DNA from: Candidatus Zixiibacteriota bacterium
Lineage (GTDB): Bacteria > Electryoneota > B3-LCP
Reading direction: 5' to 3'
DNA length: 64,000 nucleotides
NCBI GenBank assembly: GCA_003599535.1
Contig: QZKQ01000033.1
Span: 48,837-112,836 of the forward strand
Within the stretch, counting starts at the first letter, position 1; the number at the start of each line of letters is the position of its first letter. Below are positions 41,609 to 50,444 of the stretch, one piece after another. A program made the translations under genes and the position numbers. The notes below the pieces were generated by a model. The model saw only the letters and a list, made by a program, of their open reading frames with translations. It ran no database searches and was not told the DNA's origin.

Positions 41609-42658
41609 ATGGATCTGATCTCAACTTTACGCACCCTGAGCCAGGCCTTCGGGCCGCCGGGGTTCGAAGACGAGGTCCGCGCGCTGGTGCGCGACGCCGC
41701 CCAACCGTTGGCCGACCGCCTGGACGAGGACGCCCTGGGCAACCTGACTGCCTGGCGCGACGGCGCCTCGGACAAAATCGTCATGCTGGACGCCCACACC
41801 GACGAGGTGGGACTGATCGTTTCCCATGTCAGCGACAAGGGCTTCCTGCGCTTCGCGCCGCTGGGCGGCTGGGACGGGCGGCTCTTCCCCGGGTCGCGCG
41901 TCACCCTGAAGGGCAAGGACGGCTACGTGCCCGCGGTGGTGGGTTTCCCGCCGCCGCACATCACCACGCCGGAACAACGCAGCAAGGCGCTGCCGCCCGA
42001 AGAGCTGTTCCTGGACGCCGGCATCACCAACCGCGATCAGGCCGCTGAACTGGGTCTGGGGCCGGGCACGCCGGGAGTGCTGGACGGTCCCTTCCACACG
42101 CTGCCGGGCAACCTCATCCTGGGCAAGGCCTTCGACGACCGGTGCGGCTGCGCCGCCGCCCTGAATATCCTGGAAACCCTGCAGGGGAAGGATCTCCCCT
42201 TCACCCTGGCGGTGAATTTCGCCACGGGCGAAGAGCTGGGCCTGCGCGGAGCCAAGGTAGCCGGATACCGCATCGCACCGCAGGTGGCCCTGGTGCTGGA
42301 AACCACCACCGCGGGCGACTTCCCCGGAGTGGCCGAACACCAGTCTCCCTGCCGCATGGGCGGAGGCGTGGCCGTAACCGTGGCCGATCGTACCATGGTG
42401 ACTTCGCCGCGCATGGTGCGCTTCCTGCAGGAAACGGCCCAGGAAGCGGGCCTCCCCTACCAGTTGAAGCAGCCGTTGTTCGGCGGCACCAATGCGGGGG
42501 AAATCCACCTGTCGCGATCCGGGGTGCTGACCGGCGTGCTGGCGGTGCCGGCACGCTACATCCACAGTCCCTCCTCCATCCTGGACACGAACGACTTGGA
42601 CGCCATGATCCGCCTGGCCCTGGCGGCGCTGGAAAGAATGCCGGGGAAGTTGATCTGA
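41609..42658 (+). CDS. M42-family metallopeptidase (glutamyl aminopeptidase/FrvX-like)
   Basis: ..FGPPGFEDEV.., ..MLDAHTDEVGL.., ..GKAFDDRCGC.., ..EELGLRGA... Confidence 0.88.
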   Translation: MDLISTLRTLSQAFGPPGFEDEVRALVRDAAQPLADRLDEDALGNLTAWRDGASDKIVMLDAHTDEVGLIVSHVSDKGFLRFAPLGGWDGRLFPGSRVTLKGKDGYVPAVVGFPPPHITTPEQRSKALPPEELFLDAGITNRDQAAELGLGPGTPGVLDGPFHTLPGNLILGKAFDDRCGCAAALNILETLQGKDLPFTLAVNFATGEELGLRGAKVAGYRIAPQVALVLETTTAGDFPGVAEHQSPCRMGGGVAVTVADRTMVTSPRMVRFLQETAQEAGLPYQLKQPLFGGTNAGEIHLSRSGVLTGVLAVPARYIHSPSSILDTNDLDAMIRLALAALERMPGKLI

Positions 42659-42676
42659 GAGCAAGCTGGCACAGTG

Positions 42677-42705
42677 AAAAATGCCTCCGGGGTGGAGGCA
42701 TTTTT
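42677..42705. terminator. bidirectional rho-independent terminator between convergent genes
   Basis: AAAAATGCCTCC-ggggt-GGAGGCATTTTT. Perfect 12-bp stem with an A-tract and a T-tract. Lies between the M42 gene (+) and the NTF2-like gene (-). Confidence 0.8.
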
Positions 42706-42793
42706 AATTAATGTCTGGAAACAAATCTTCGATATCGGCAAGCAGGGACGCTTACCCTACCCTCATAAGTAGGGCCGTCGTCCCTGCCGGTCC

Positions 42794-43249
42794 TTATTCT
42801 TCCCGCTCCAGCGCCACATTCTCGAACAGCGCCTTCAGGTGGTACTGGAAGCTGGTGATGAGCCAGGCGTTGCCGCGGCGGATCAGCTCGAAATCATAGC
42901 TGCCGATGAAGGTGCGGACTTTGTTGCCGGATTGGGTGGGCTGGTAATGGGTGGCGGTGGCGTAGCAGAACGCGGTAGCCTGGTCGCCGGTGACCTCCAC
43001 AAGGTAATTGCCCGCCTGGTGAAAAACCACCGGTATGGCCCGCAGGCCCTCTTCCCATCCGGCCGCGATCTGCTCCGGAGTCATCGTTTGCGGTTCCCCT
43101 CCGGCCAAGGAAGTCACGTCGAAGTGGACGCTTTTGGCGAAGCAGGCCCTCACGGCGGGCCAGTCGCGGTCGTCCGTGCTGATGAACAGCCGGTTGAGCA
43201 ATTCGATGATGCGGTCCTTGGCAAGCAGGAGAGAAAGGGAAACCGGCAT
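42794..43249 (-). CDS. NTF2-like (SnoaL/DUF4440-type) domain protein
   Basis: 151 aa, ..RLFISTDDRDWPAVRACFA..VHFDVTS.. pattern of the SnoaL-like fold. Confidence 0.65.
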   Translation of the reverse strand: MPVSLSLLLAKDRIIELLNRLFISTDDRDWPAVRACFAKSVHFDVTSLAGGEPQTMTPEQIAAGWEEGLRAIPVVFHQAGNYLVEVTGDQATAFCYATATHYQPTQSGNKVRTFIGSYDFELIRRGNAWLITSFQYHLKALFENVALEREE

Positions 43250-43335
43250 AAAAACCTCCCGGCAATGGTATCAGGCTGAATTTCATTAGTTGGTACGCAG
43301 GAATAAACGATTTCGACAACGCCGCGGAGATGATA

Positions 43336-43361
43336 TAAAAGAGGCGCGATCGCTCGCGCCT
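43336..43361 (-). terminator. rho-independent terminator of the 43418-45346 gene
   Basis: The minus strand reads AGGCGCGA-gcga-TCGCGCCT followed by CTTTTAT, about 60 nt after the stop codon. Confidence 0.65.
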
Positions 43362-43417
43362 TGGTACTTTACCGGCAGAAATGCTTACCCTGCCTACGGC
43401 CGGCAGGGACACCGGTC

Positions 43418-45346
43418 CTACTTGATTAGTACCATCTTCCAACTGAGCGTCTGTCCTGCCGTCTGCAGGCGGTAGAGGTACATTCCTGAAGCCAATCCCG
43501 ACCCGTCGAAGGTTGCCCGGTGAGTCCCCGCTTCCCGCCAGCCGTCCACCAGGGTGGCAACTTCCCGCCCGGCGGTATCGTAAACCTTCAGGCTGACGCG
43601 GCTGAAGGCGGTAAGCTGATAACGGATCGCCGTCGCGGGATTGAAGGGATTGGGGTGGTTGCCCATTAAGGAGGTCGCCTGGCGTAAGGCCGTTCCCGGC
43701 AGCTCGAAGCTCCGGCTGACCTCCCCGTCGGACAGGGTAGCGATGACCGGGCCGCCGGTTCCGTCTCCCGCTGTCGCCGATTTTTCAAAGGTGAAGCTGT
43801 CGAAGCTTTCAATTCCCATGGGGTGTTCGCCCACATAGGCCGTGACGGTGTAGGTTCCGGCCATGGCCGTGCCGGGCAGAGTTAACCCCAGCACGCGAGC
43901 CAGGGTACCGCCGGCCGGCAGGTACAGGTCTTCCCGCAGCACCATGGGAACGACCTGGCTGTCGGGCTGCTGCAGGGTGTACCAGGCGTCGTACAGGTTG
44001 AAGTAGTCGGGGGAGTTGGTGATGGCCAGGCCGAATTCCACCGTGCCTCCGGCGGGCGGCAGGACGATGGGGCTGCCGAACGGCGTCAGGCTGATGGTGC
44101 AGGTGCCCTGCGGCTGGTTCTGGTCGAAGTAGTGGGCGCCCACGTCGGCGAGGGTGCTGTCGGGGTCCGGCGAAGCCAGGGGGCTGCCGGTGTCAATGCA
44201 GGGGCTGTAGGGCATCAGGTTGAAATTGATCCCGCCGACGAAACAGGGGTTGGCGTCGAAATTCCCCGCCCCCGGATACATACCCTCCACGTCGCTGTAG
44301 GTCAGGACCAGGCTGCTGCCGGTTTCGACGTAGATCCCGAAGATGTTGTTGCGCAGGATGTTGTTGCGTCCGAAGGGATGGGAATTCTGCCACACCCGCA
44401 ACCCGTGGGCCCCGTTCCACATAATGGTACAGTTGTCAATCAACGGAGAGCTCTGGTTGTAGCAACTGACGGCCACGTTACCGTTCAGGCAGAGTTCCGC
44501 GTACATCACTTCGGGACTGGAGAAGTTCCGGCAGTAGAGTCCTGAGCCGGACATTCCGACAGACATGTTCTCGCTGATGGCGCCGTAGTGGATTGCGGGC
44601 GAACTGTGATCCAGCAGAATTCCTCCTCCGTTGGCGGTCTCGGCGGCATTGTGGTGAATGAAGTTGTTCTCGAACAGGCCGTGGGTGTAGGTGCAGTGAA
44701 TGCCGCCGCCGTTATCCGCCCGGTTGTTCCAGATGATGTTGTCATGCAGGTAGGGGTTGGCGCAATCGTCCAGGAACAGGCCGCCGCCGTCGCTTTCGCA
44801 GAAGTTCTGGGTGATGACGCAATGGTCAATTTCCGCGTTGCACTTGCGCAGGTAAACACCCCCGCCCTTGACGTCGGCGTTATTCTGTTTGATGGTGCAA
44901 TAGCGCAAAACCAGCATGCAACTGTCGGCGTGGATGCCGCCGCCGCGGCTGTCCGGCTGACCGACGGTGCCCTGGGCGTGGCCCCGTTCGATGGTGCAGT
45001 AGACCAGCTCGGAGGTACCCTGTGATTGCAGGAAGCGGAGCCCCGCCCAGGAGCCGGCCGAGCCGACGGCGTAGGACATCAGGATCATCTCCTGCTCGGT
45101 GCCCAACGCCCTCAGGACGCCGTGCACCAGAAAGCGGTAGTGGCCGGTGAAGCACACCTCCACGCCCGGCTGAATGACCAGGCTGTCACCGGCGGGCACG
45201 TCAATGTCCGACACCACCAGGTAGGGCGACCCGGCGGCGGTCCAGGCGCCGGTGACGACGCCGGAAACGATGGTATCTGCGCGTAGCGCCGGCACGGTCA
45301 GGATCAGGATCGCCAGCACAGCGCAACCGAAGCGTAGTCTTTTCAT
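43418..45346 (-). CDS. secreted right-handed parallel beta-helix repeat protein with T9SS C-terminal sorting domain
   Basis: Signal peptide MKRLRFGCAVLAILILTVPALRA. PbH1-type repeats (..GGGIHA.., ..GGGVYL.., ..GGGLFL.., ..GGGIHC..). CTD ..HPNPFNPATAIRYQL..VSLKVYDTAGREVATL..SGMYLYRLQ..KMVLIK. Start ATG at 45346. Confidence 0.8.
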   Translation of the reverse strand: MKRLRFGCAVLAILILTVPALRADTIVSGVVTGAWTAAGSPYLVVSDIDVPAGDSLVIQPGVEVCFTGHYRFLVHGVLRALGTEQEMILMSYAVGSAGSWAGLRFLQSQGTSELVYCTIERGHAQGTVGQPDSRGGGIHADSCMLVLRYCTIKQNNADVKGGGVYLRKCNAEIDHCVITQNFCESDGGGLFLDDCANPYLHDNIIWNNRADNGGGIHCTYTHGLFENNFIHHNAAETANGGGILLDHSSPAIHYGAISENMSVGMSGSGLYCRNFSSPEVMYAELCLNGNVAVSCYNQSSPLIDNCTIMWNGAHGLRVWQNSHPFGRNNILRNNIFGIYVETGSSLVLTYSDVEGMYPGAGNFDANPCFVGGINFNLMPYSPCIDTGSPLASPDPDSTLADVGAHYFDQNQPQGTCTISLTPFGSPIVLPPAGGTVEFGLAITNSPDYFNLYDAWYTLQQPDSQVVPMVLREDLYLPAGGTLARVLGLTLPGTAMAGTYTVTAYVGEHPMGIESFDSFTFEKSATAGDGTGGPVIATLSDGEVSRSFELPGTALRQATSLMGNHPNPFNPATAIRYQLTAFSRVSLKVYDTAGREVATLVDGWREAGTHRATFDGSGLASGMYLYRLQTAGQTLSWKMVLIK

Positions 45347-45476
45347 GGTACGTCCTTTGGATGGGAGAGCGGCGCAGATCCGGGGGCCGGAGTGCGCAAA
45401 ACGGGCGAAGAGGCGGACCGGATGATCCGCCCCTTCGGTTACTACCACACCATGGCGAGGGGCATGGAATCGCAGG

Positions 45477-47411
45477 TTACTTCATCAGGGTCATCTTGCC
45501 GACGGAGCGGACCTCGCCCGCCTGCAACACGTACAGGTACAGTCCCGAGGCCAAACCGGAGGCGTCGAAGGTGACTTCGTGCGAACCGGCCGCCCGCCAG
45601 CCGTCCACCAGGTCCGCCACCTGCCGCCCCTGCAGATCATAGACTGCCAGGCGCACCGGGGCGGCCTGGGCCAGGTCGAAGGCGATGGTGGTGGTGGGAT
45701 TGAACGGATCAGGGTAGTTGCCCTTCAAGGCGGTCGCCTGGGGCAGGGCCGTTCCCGGCAGCTCGAAGGTCTCGCTGACTTCGCCGTCGGACAGGGTGAC
45801 CGTGGCCGGACCTTCGGGGAGACCGTCGGTCGCGGACTTTTCGAACGTGAAGCTGTCGAAGTCCTCGATCACCGTGGGATGCTCGCCCGTGTACGCCGTC
45901 ACGGTGTAGGTTCCGGGCATGGTCGTGGAGGAGAGGGTCAGGCTGAGGGTCCGGGACAGGTTGCCTCCGGCCGGCAGGTACAGGTTGGTCCGCAGCACCA
46001 TGGGGATGATCTGGCCGTCCGGCTGCTGCAGGTTGTACCACCCGTCGAACAGGTTGAAGTAGAGCGGCGAATTCATGATGGACAAGCCGAACCATACCGT
46101 GCCCCCGGTGGGCGGCAGGACGATGGGGCTGCCGAACGGAGTCAGGGTAATGGCGCTGGTGCCCTGCGGCTGGTTCTGGTCGAAGTAGTGGGCGCCCATG
46201 TCGGCGATGGTGCCGTCGGGGTCCAGCGGCGCCTGGGGGCTGCCGGCGTCAATGCAGGGGCTGAAGGGCATCAGGTTGAAGTCGTCGCCGTAGGGGTTCA
46301 CGAAGAATGGCTGGACGTTGATGTTGCCGGCCCCGCTCCAGTAGACTTGGATATTGCTGTAGGTCAGGTAAATGCTGCATCCCGAGCTGACGTAGAAGGC
46401 GTAGCTGTTGCCGGTGATGATGTTGTTCCGGCCGAAAGGATTGGAGCTCAGGTAGGTGCGGATGGCGTAGCTGCCGTTGCCGTGGATGGTGTTATTGTCA
46501 ATGGTGGGAGAACAGTTGTCCCCGCAGTAGATGGCGGTGTAGTTGTTGAAGCAGATCTCGTTGTACATCAACAGGGGGCTGGCGAAATGCTGGCAGTACA
46601 CCCCGGCGCCATAGCTGGAGGAGGCGGTATTATGGTTGATCTTGCAGTTCTGTATCAGCGGCGAGCTGTGGTCCAGGAGAATGCCGCCGCCGTTGCTGGA
46701 AGTGGCGGAATTATAGTTGATCACATTGTCCGACAGCACGCCCCCGGTGTAGACCAGGAATAGGCCACCGCCGTTGTCGGCGCTGTTGGAAGTGATCACG
46801 TTGTCGTGAATGTCGGCGTTGTTGGTGTATTCCACGAACATACCGCCGCCGTCGCCGTTACAGGTGTTGTTAGTGATGAGATTGTCATGAATCGCGCCGG
46901 TGATATTATGGGCGAAGATGGCCCCGCCCTTGGTGTCCGCCTTATTCTGATAGAAACGGCAGTTGTGGATGCTGAGCGCGGCGCTGAGGGCGTGCACTCC
47001 GCCCCCCTTGCTGGAGGTCTGGCCCACCTGGCCCTGGGCGTAACCCCACTCGATCACACAGTAGGCCAATTCACTGGAGCCCACGGTATTTTCGAAGAAC
47101 AAACCCGCCCAGGTGTAGTTGGGGTAGGGAAGGTGGTGCGTGAAACGGATGGAATCCGTAGGGGTGCCGACCGCGGTCATGGGGCCGTGAGCGATGAGCT
47201 TGAACTGGCCGGTGAACTTGACTTCCACGCCGGGCTGAATCGTCAGACTCAGGGCCGCGGGAATTTCCACGTCCGCCAGCACCACGTAGGGCGATCCGGC
47301 GGTGGTCCAGGTGCCGCTGACCTGGCCGGCGACGTAGGTGTCGCACAGGGCCGGTTGCGTCCAGAAGGACAACAGGATCAACAGGCTGCCAAGGGGAATG
47401 AGTCGCTTCAT
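45477..47411 (-). CDS. secreted parallel beta-helix repeat protein with T9SS CTD (tandem paralog of 43418-45346)
   Basis: Signal peptide MKRLIPLGSLLILLSFWTQPALC. Collinear with its neighbour along the full length. CTD ..YPDPFNPTTTIAFDL..LAVYDLQGRQVADL..SGLYLYVLQ..KMTLMK. Start ATG at 47411. Confidence 0.8.
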   Translation of the reverse strand: MKRLIPLGSLLILLSFWTQPALCDTYVAGQVSGTWTTAGSPYVVLADVEIPAALSLTIQPGVEVKFTGQFKLIAHGPMTAVGTPTDSIRFTHHLPYPNYTWAGLFFENTVGSSELAYCVIEWGYAQGQVGQTSSKGGGVHALSAALSIHNCRFYQNKADTKGGAIFAHNITGAIHDNLITNNTCNGDGGGMFVEYTNNADIHDNVITSNSADNGGGLFLVYTGGVLSDNVINYNSATSSNGGGILLDHSSPLIQNCKINHNTASSSYGAGVYCQHFASPLLMYNEICFNNYTAIYCGDNCSPTIDNNTIHGNGSYAIRTYLSSNPFGRNNIITGNSYAFYVSSGCSIYLTYSNIQVYWSGAGNINVQPFFVNPYGDDFNLMPFSPCIDAGSPQAPLDPDGTIADMGAHYFDQNQPQGTSAITLTPFGSPIVLPPTGGTVWFGLSIMNSPLYFNLFDGWYNLQQPDGQIIPMVLRTNLYLPAGGNLSRTLSLTLSSTTMPGTYTVTAYTGEHPTVIEDFDSFTFEKSATDGLPEGPATVTLSDGEVSETFELPGTALPQATALKGNYPDPFNPTTTIAFDLAQAAPVRLAVYDLQGRQVADLVDGWRAAGSHEVTFDASGLASGLYLYVLQAGEVRSVGKMTLMK

Positions 47412-47560
47412 GATTGCTCCTCCGATGAGGGTAAGAACTGGATTGAGGGATTCTTTAGTGATCAAGCGAAAACCAGTGGAGGAATAGCATCTCATGCAGC
47501 CATAATGATCGTGGATTACACAATGCTTCCGTCGTAAGCACCGCCGAGACTACCGGCCAT

Positions 47561-49837
47561 TCATTTCAGCAGCAGCATCTTGGCGCTGACCCGGCCCAGA
47601 GGGGTAGTCAGGACCGCCAGGTACAGGCCCGAACTCAAGCTGCGGCCGTCGAAAGTCACGCTGATGATTCCCGCCTGGGCGGGTAGGGAAGCAACGGAAA
47701 TCCGCCGCCCGGCCAGATCATAAATTTCCAACTGCGCCTCGCCTCCGGGCGGCAGGGTGATATCCAGCCGGGCTTCCGCGTTGAAGGGGTTGGGCGACAC
47801 CCGCACGCCCCCTTCCCCCGGGACCGGCAGGCGGTCATCCCCGGCTTCCAGTCCCAGGGGAAGGTCCGTGTTCGTCTCCGGCCAAATGTCATCGCTGTGC
47901 CCGGGGCCTGTCTTCTGGAAATAGAGGTAAGCCAGGTCCGTGACCACATTGGGATAGTCCCCCAGCCGGACGTCGAAGCGATAAAATCCGGGCGGAGCGC
48001 CGCCGGGGACCATCTGGGTGAGGGTCACGAGAAAGGAATCCTGGGGACTCAGGGTGCGGTTCTGGCGCAGCAGCAGCGGCCCCACCACCGCTCCGCTGGG
48101 CATCACGACGGAGGTCCAGGCGTCCACCACGGCGGCCGAGGCCAGTTCGTTGCCCAGGGTGACATACATGGGCAGTTCGCCTCCCGAAGACGGCACCTGG
48201 AGCGGAACTGCGGCGGGATCAATGCGGACGAACACTTGGGGCTGGAAATATCCCGCCGAGTTGGCTCCGCCGGGCGTGGGAGCGCCGGCGGCGCCGTTCA
48301 GGTGCCAGTCGCTGCCGTAGCCGGTATCCAGGGATTGGGCGTTGCGGCCGTAGGTCTGCCCCACCCCGGGCTCGGGAAGGGTGAAGCCGGCCACGTGGTT
48401 GCCTCCCCAGGAGAGCGCATCGGTGATGGAGGTGTTGGTCATGGGGGCCGGCGCCGCGGTGTTGATCAGGGCGCACCCGTCCACGTCGTCATGCAGGGTG
48501 AAAAAACCCGCGCCGGTGAGGACCCGGGCGCCGGTGCCGCCCGTGACTTCAAAATCGGGGCGGAGACCGTAGCGGTTGCGGAAGAGGGATCCGTTGTGCG
48601 CCGCGACCAGGTGCTCGAAGGGGCCCAGCCAACTGGAAGGGGGAAACTGCCAGTGCTCCGGCGCTCCCAGCAGCCCGTTGGTGAACTTGTACCCGCCGAG
48701 GTTGAGCCATTGCGCCGTGGGATTGTACACCTCGACCCACTCCGATCCCTGGGTGAGATCCTGGGGAATGATCATGGCTTCGTTGATCAGGGGGACCTGG
48801 GGGTAGGGATGGATATAAGAGAAGGAGGACTGCCCCGGGTGTGAGGCTTCCCAGTCCAGGTATTCGCTGACCACCTCGCGGCACGTGCTGTAGCGGGCGA
48901 TGAGGTTGTTGCGGGGGGTGTAATGCCCCACGAAATTCGCCTCGATAAAATCCATGAAGGTGCTGATCTGTTGCTGGTAGTAGGGACTGAACAGCCAGAG
49001 ATGGGTCAGGAAACCGAAGGTCCAGACCTTGTAATTCAGCGAGTCGCCCTGCATCATCTCCTGAACCAGCCATTCCTGGTAGCACTGGTTCAGCGCCGCC
49101 TCCATGGCCGGCTCGGTGCAGTTGTAACCGTGGGCTTCGGGATTGCCGATCTGGGCGTAGTGGTCAATGTAGATGAAGGGACTGCTTAAATTCTCTTCCA
49201 GCTCGTGGCCCAGCCGGTTGTCGCTGCCCGGACGGAAGGGGTGGCGGATCAGGCGCCCCAGGTAATCCAGGCCCTTTTCCGACCGGTTGCCCGGGCCGGA
49301 CAGGAACCCGAACTGATTCATGAACTGCCCTTCGTCGCTGCACAGGAAGGGGAAGGCGCACATGGTGAGGTTGGAATCCGTCAATTGGTCCACCCAGTAT
49401 GTCGCATCGTTCCAGATCTGCTGGGTCCAGAGGGGATCATAGTTGGGGATACCGTACCGGCCGGTGGAATCCGTCACGTCCAGCCAGTTGAAGGGGCCCT
49501 GGTAGACCACGCTGTGGGCGTGGGTCCCCAACTCGTGGCCGTCGGCTTCCAGATCGCGGAACAGTTGCTGATCGCCGTAGTGCAGCACCCACTCGGCGAA
49601 ACTGCCGTTCATCAGGATGGTCATCTTGAAGGGGAAGGGGCGGCTGGCGGCTTCCTGCCGAAGCCATTGGAGAAAGGCGATGCGCGCCGCGTACCCCGTG
49701 GAATCGGGCGTCACCGGCTCAACGTGGATGATAAAAGCAATGTTGATGGGGGGTTCATACTGTACCGCACGGCCGGGGGAGCAAAGCGCTCCGACACCAG
49801 CCATTAGCAGAATCATCATCAGACTATATCGTCGCAT
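47561..49837 (-). CDS. secreted multidomain T9SS cargo (polysaccharide-deacetylase-like N-domain, lamin-tail domain, Ig-like module, CTD)
   Basis: Signal peptide MRRYSLMMILLMAGVGALCSPGRA. LTD-like ..INEAMIIPQDLTQGSEWVEVYNPTAQWLNLGGYKF... CTD ..VSPNPFNAEARLDITL..LEIYDLAGRRI..SGLYLAVL..KMLLLK. Start ATG at 49837. Confidence 0.72.
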   Translation of the reverse strand: MRRYSLMMILLMAGVGALCSPGRAVQYEPPINIAFIIHVEPVTPDSTGYAARIAFLQWLRQEAASRPFPFKMTILMNGSFAEWVLHYGDQQLFRDLEADGHELGTHAHSVVYQGPFNWLDVTDSTGRYGIPNYDPLWTQQIWNDATYWVDQLTDSNLTMCAFPFLCSDEGQFMNQFGFLSGPGNRSEKGLDYLGRLIRHPFRPGSDNRLGHELEENLSSPFIYIDHYAQIGNPEAHGYNCTEPAMEAALNQCYQEWLVQEMMQGDSLNYKVWTFGFLTHLWLFSPYYQQQISTFMDFIEANFVGHYTPRNNLIARYSTCREVVSEYLDWEASHPGQSSFSYIHPYPQVPLINEAMIIPQDLTQGSEWVEVYNPTAQWLNLGGYKFTNGLLGAPEHWQFPPSSWLGPFEHLVAAHNGSLFRNRYGLRPDFEVTGGTGARVLTGAGFFTLHDDVDGCALINTAAPAPMTNTSITDALSWGGNHVAGFTLPEPGVGQTYGRNAQSLDTGYGSDWHLNGAAGAPTPGGANSAGYFQPQVFVRIDPAAVPLQVPSSGGELPMYVTLGNELASAAVVDAWTSVVMPSGAVVGPLLLRQNRTLSPQDSFLVTLTQMVPGGAPPGFYRFDVRLGDYPNVVTDLAYLYFQKTGPGHSDDIWPETNTDLPLGLEAGDDRLPVPGEGGVRVSPNPFNAEARLDITLPPGGEAQLEIYDLAGRRISVASLPAQAGIISVTFDGRSLSSGLYLAVLTTPLGRVSAKMLLLK

Positions 49838-49969
49838 CCCGTATTTCTCCGGAAAAAAGATGGTGAGGTGTCCATTTGCACGCACCCTCACGCTGCCTGG
49901 TGATACGAAGCGAACCGTGCGGGTGGTATCCCGTGGCGGACTGCGCCCGAGACTCGGTCAGGCGGGGAC

Positions 49970-49999
49970 AATATAGGAAGTTTCCCCCAGGCAAATCAA
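49970..49999 (-). promoter_or_regulatory. sigma70-like promoter for the 47561-49837 gene (TTGATT-18-TATATT on minus strand)
   Basis: The minus strand reads TTGATT tgcctgggggaaacttcc TATATT, with an AT-rich UP-like tract immediately upstream (50000-50100). Confidence 0.4.
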
Positions 50000-50126
50000 G
50001 CGCAATTTTTTGCATATTATGCATTCCGTTGCATTTATATGTGATTATTGAGTTTGTGAATATTATTATTTTATATTTGCTTCATCCGGCGATAAACTCA
50101 CCCATGATATGCCTTTCGTCTGGTAG

Positions 50127-50381
50127 GGCGCTTCAGCCAACGGCGAGACCGTCATCCCCCTGGAGCTGCCGCAACGCTCGCAAGTGAAGATCGAGCTGTT
50201 CAACGTGCGCGGGCAGTCCCTGGGTGTCATTCATGACGGAATCGAAAACGCCGGTTGGCCCAAGATCCGCTACGATGCCTCAGCCCTGTCCTCCGGAGTA
50301 TACTTCTACCGAGTTATGGTGGAAGGGCTAGAGCGCAGCGGCAAGCACCAGAATACCGGAAAAATGCTCTTGCTGAAGTGA
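50127..50381 (+). pseudogene. orphan T9SS C-terminal sorting domain without passenger
   Basis: Frame open only from 50127. Translates ..NGETVIPLELPQRSQVKIELFNVRGQSLGVIHDGIENAGWPKIRYDASALSSGVYFYRVMVEG..GKMLLLK*, a complete CTD. No signal peptide or upstream domain. Preceded by about 25% GC DNA. Confidence 0.7.
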
Positions 50382-50444
50382 GATGACGTGATTATATTGG
50401 GAGGGCGGAGATTTCCCCGCCCTCCCTTCTGCTTGGAGACGACC

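Noticed and set aside
50184-50381. 65-aa ORF (MKIELFNVRGQ...) as a functional small secreted protein
   Set aside because: It consists solely of a T9SS sorting domain, has no signal peptide, and the frame is open upstream of its GTG back to 50127. It is best explained as a gene remnant.
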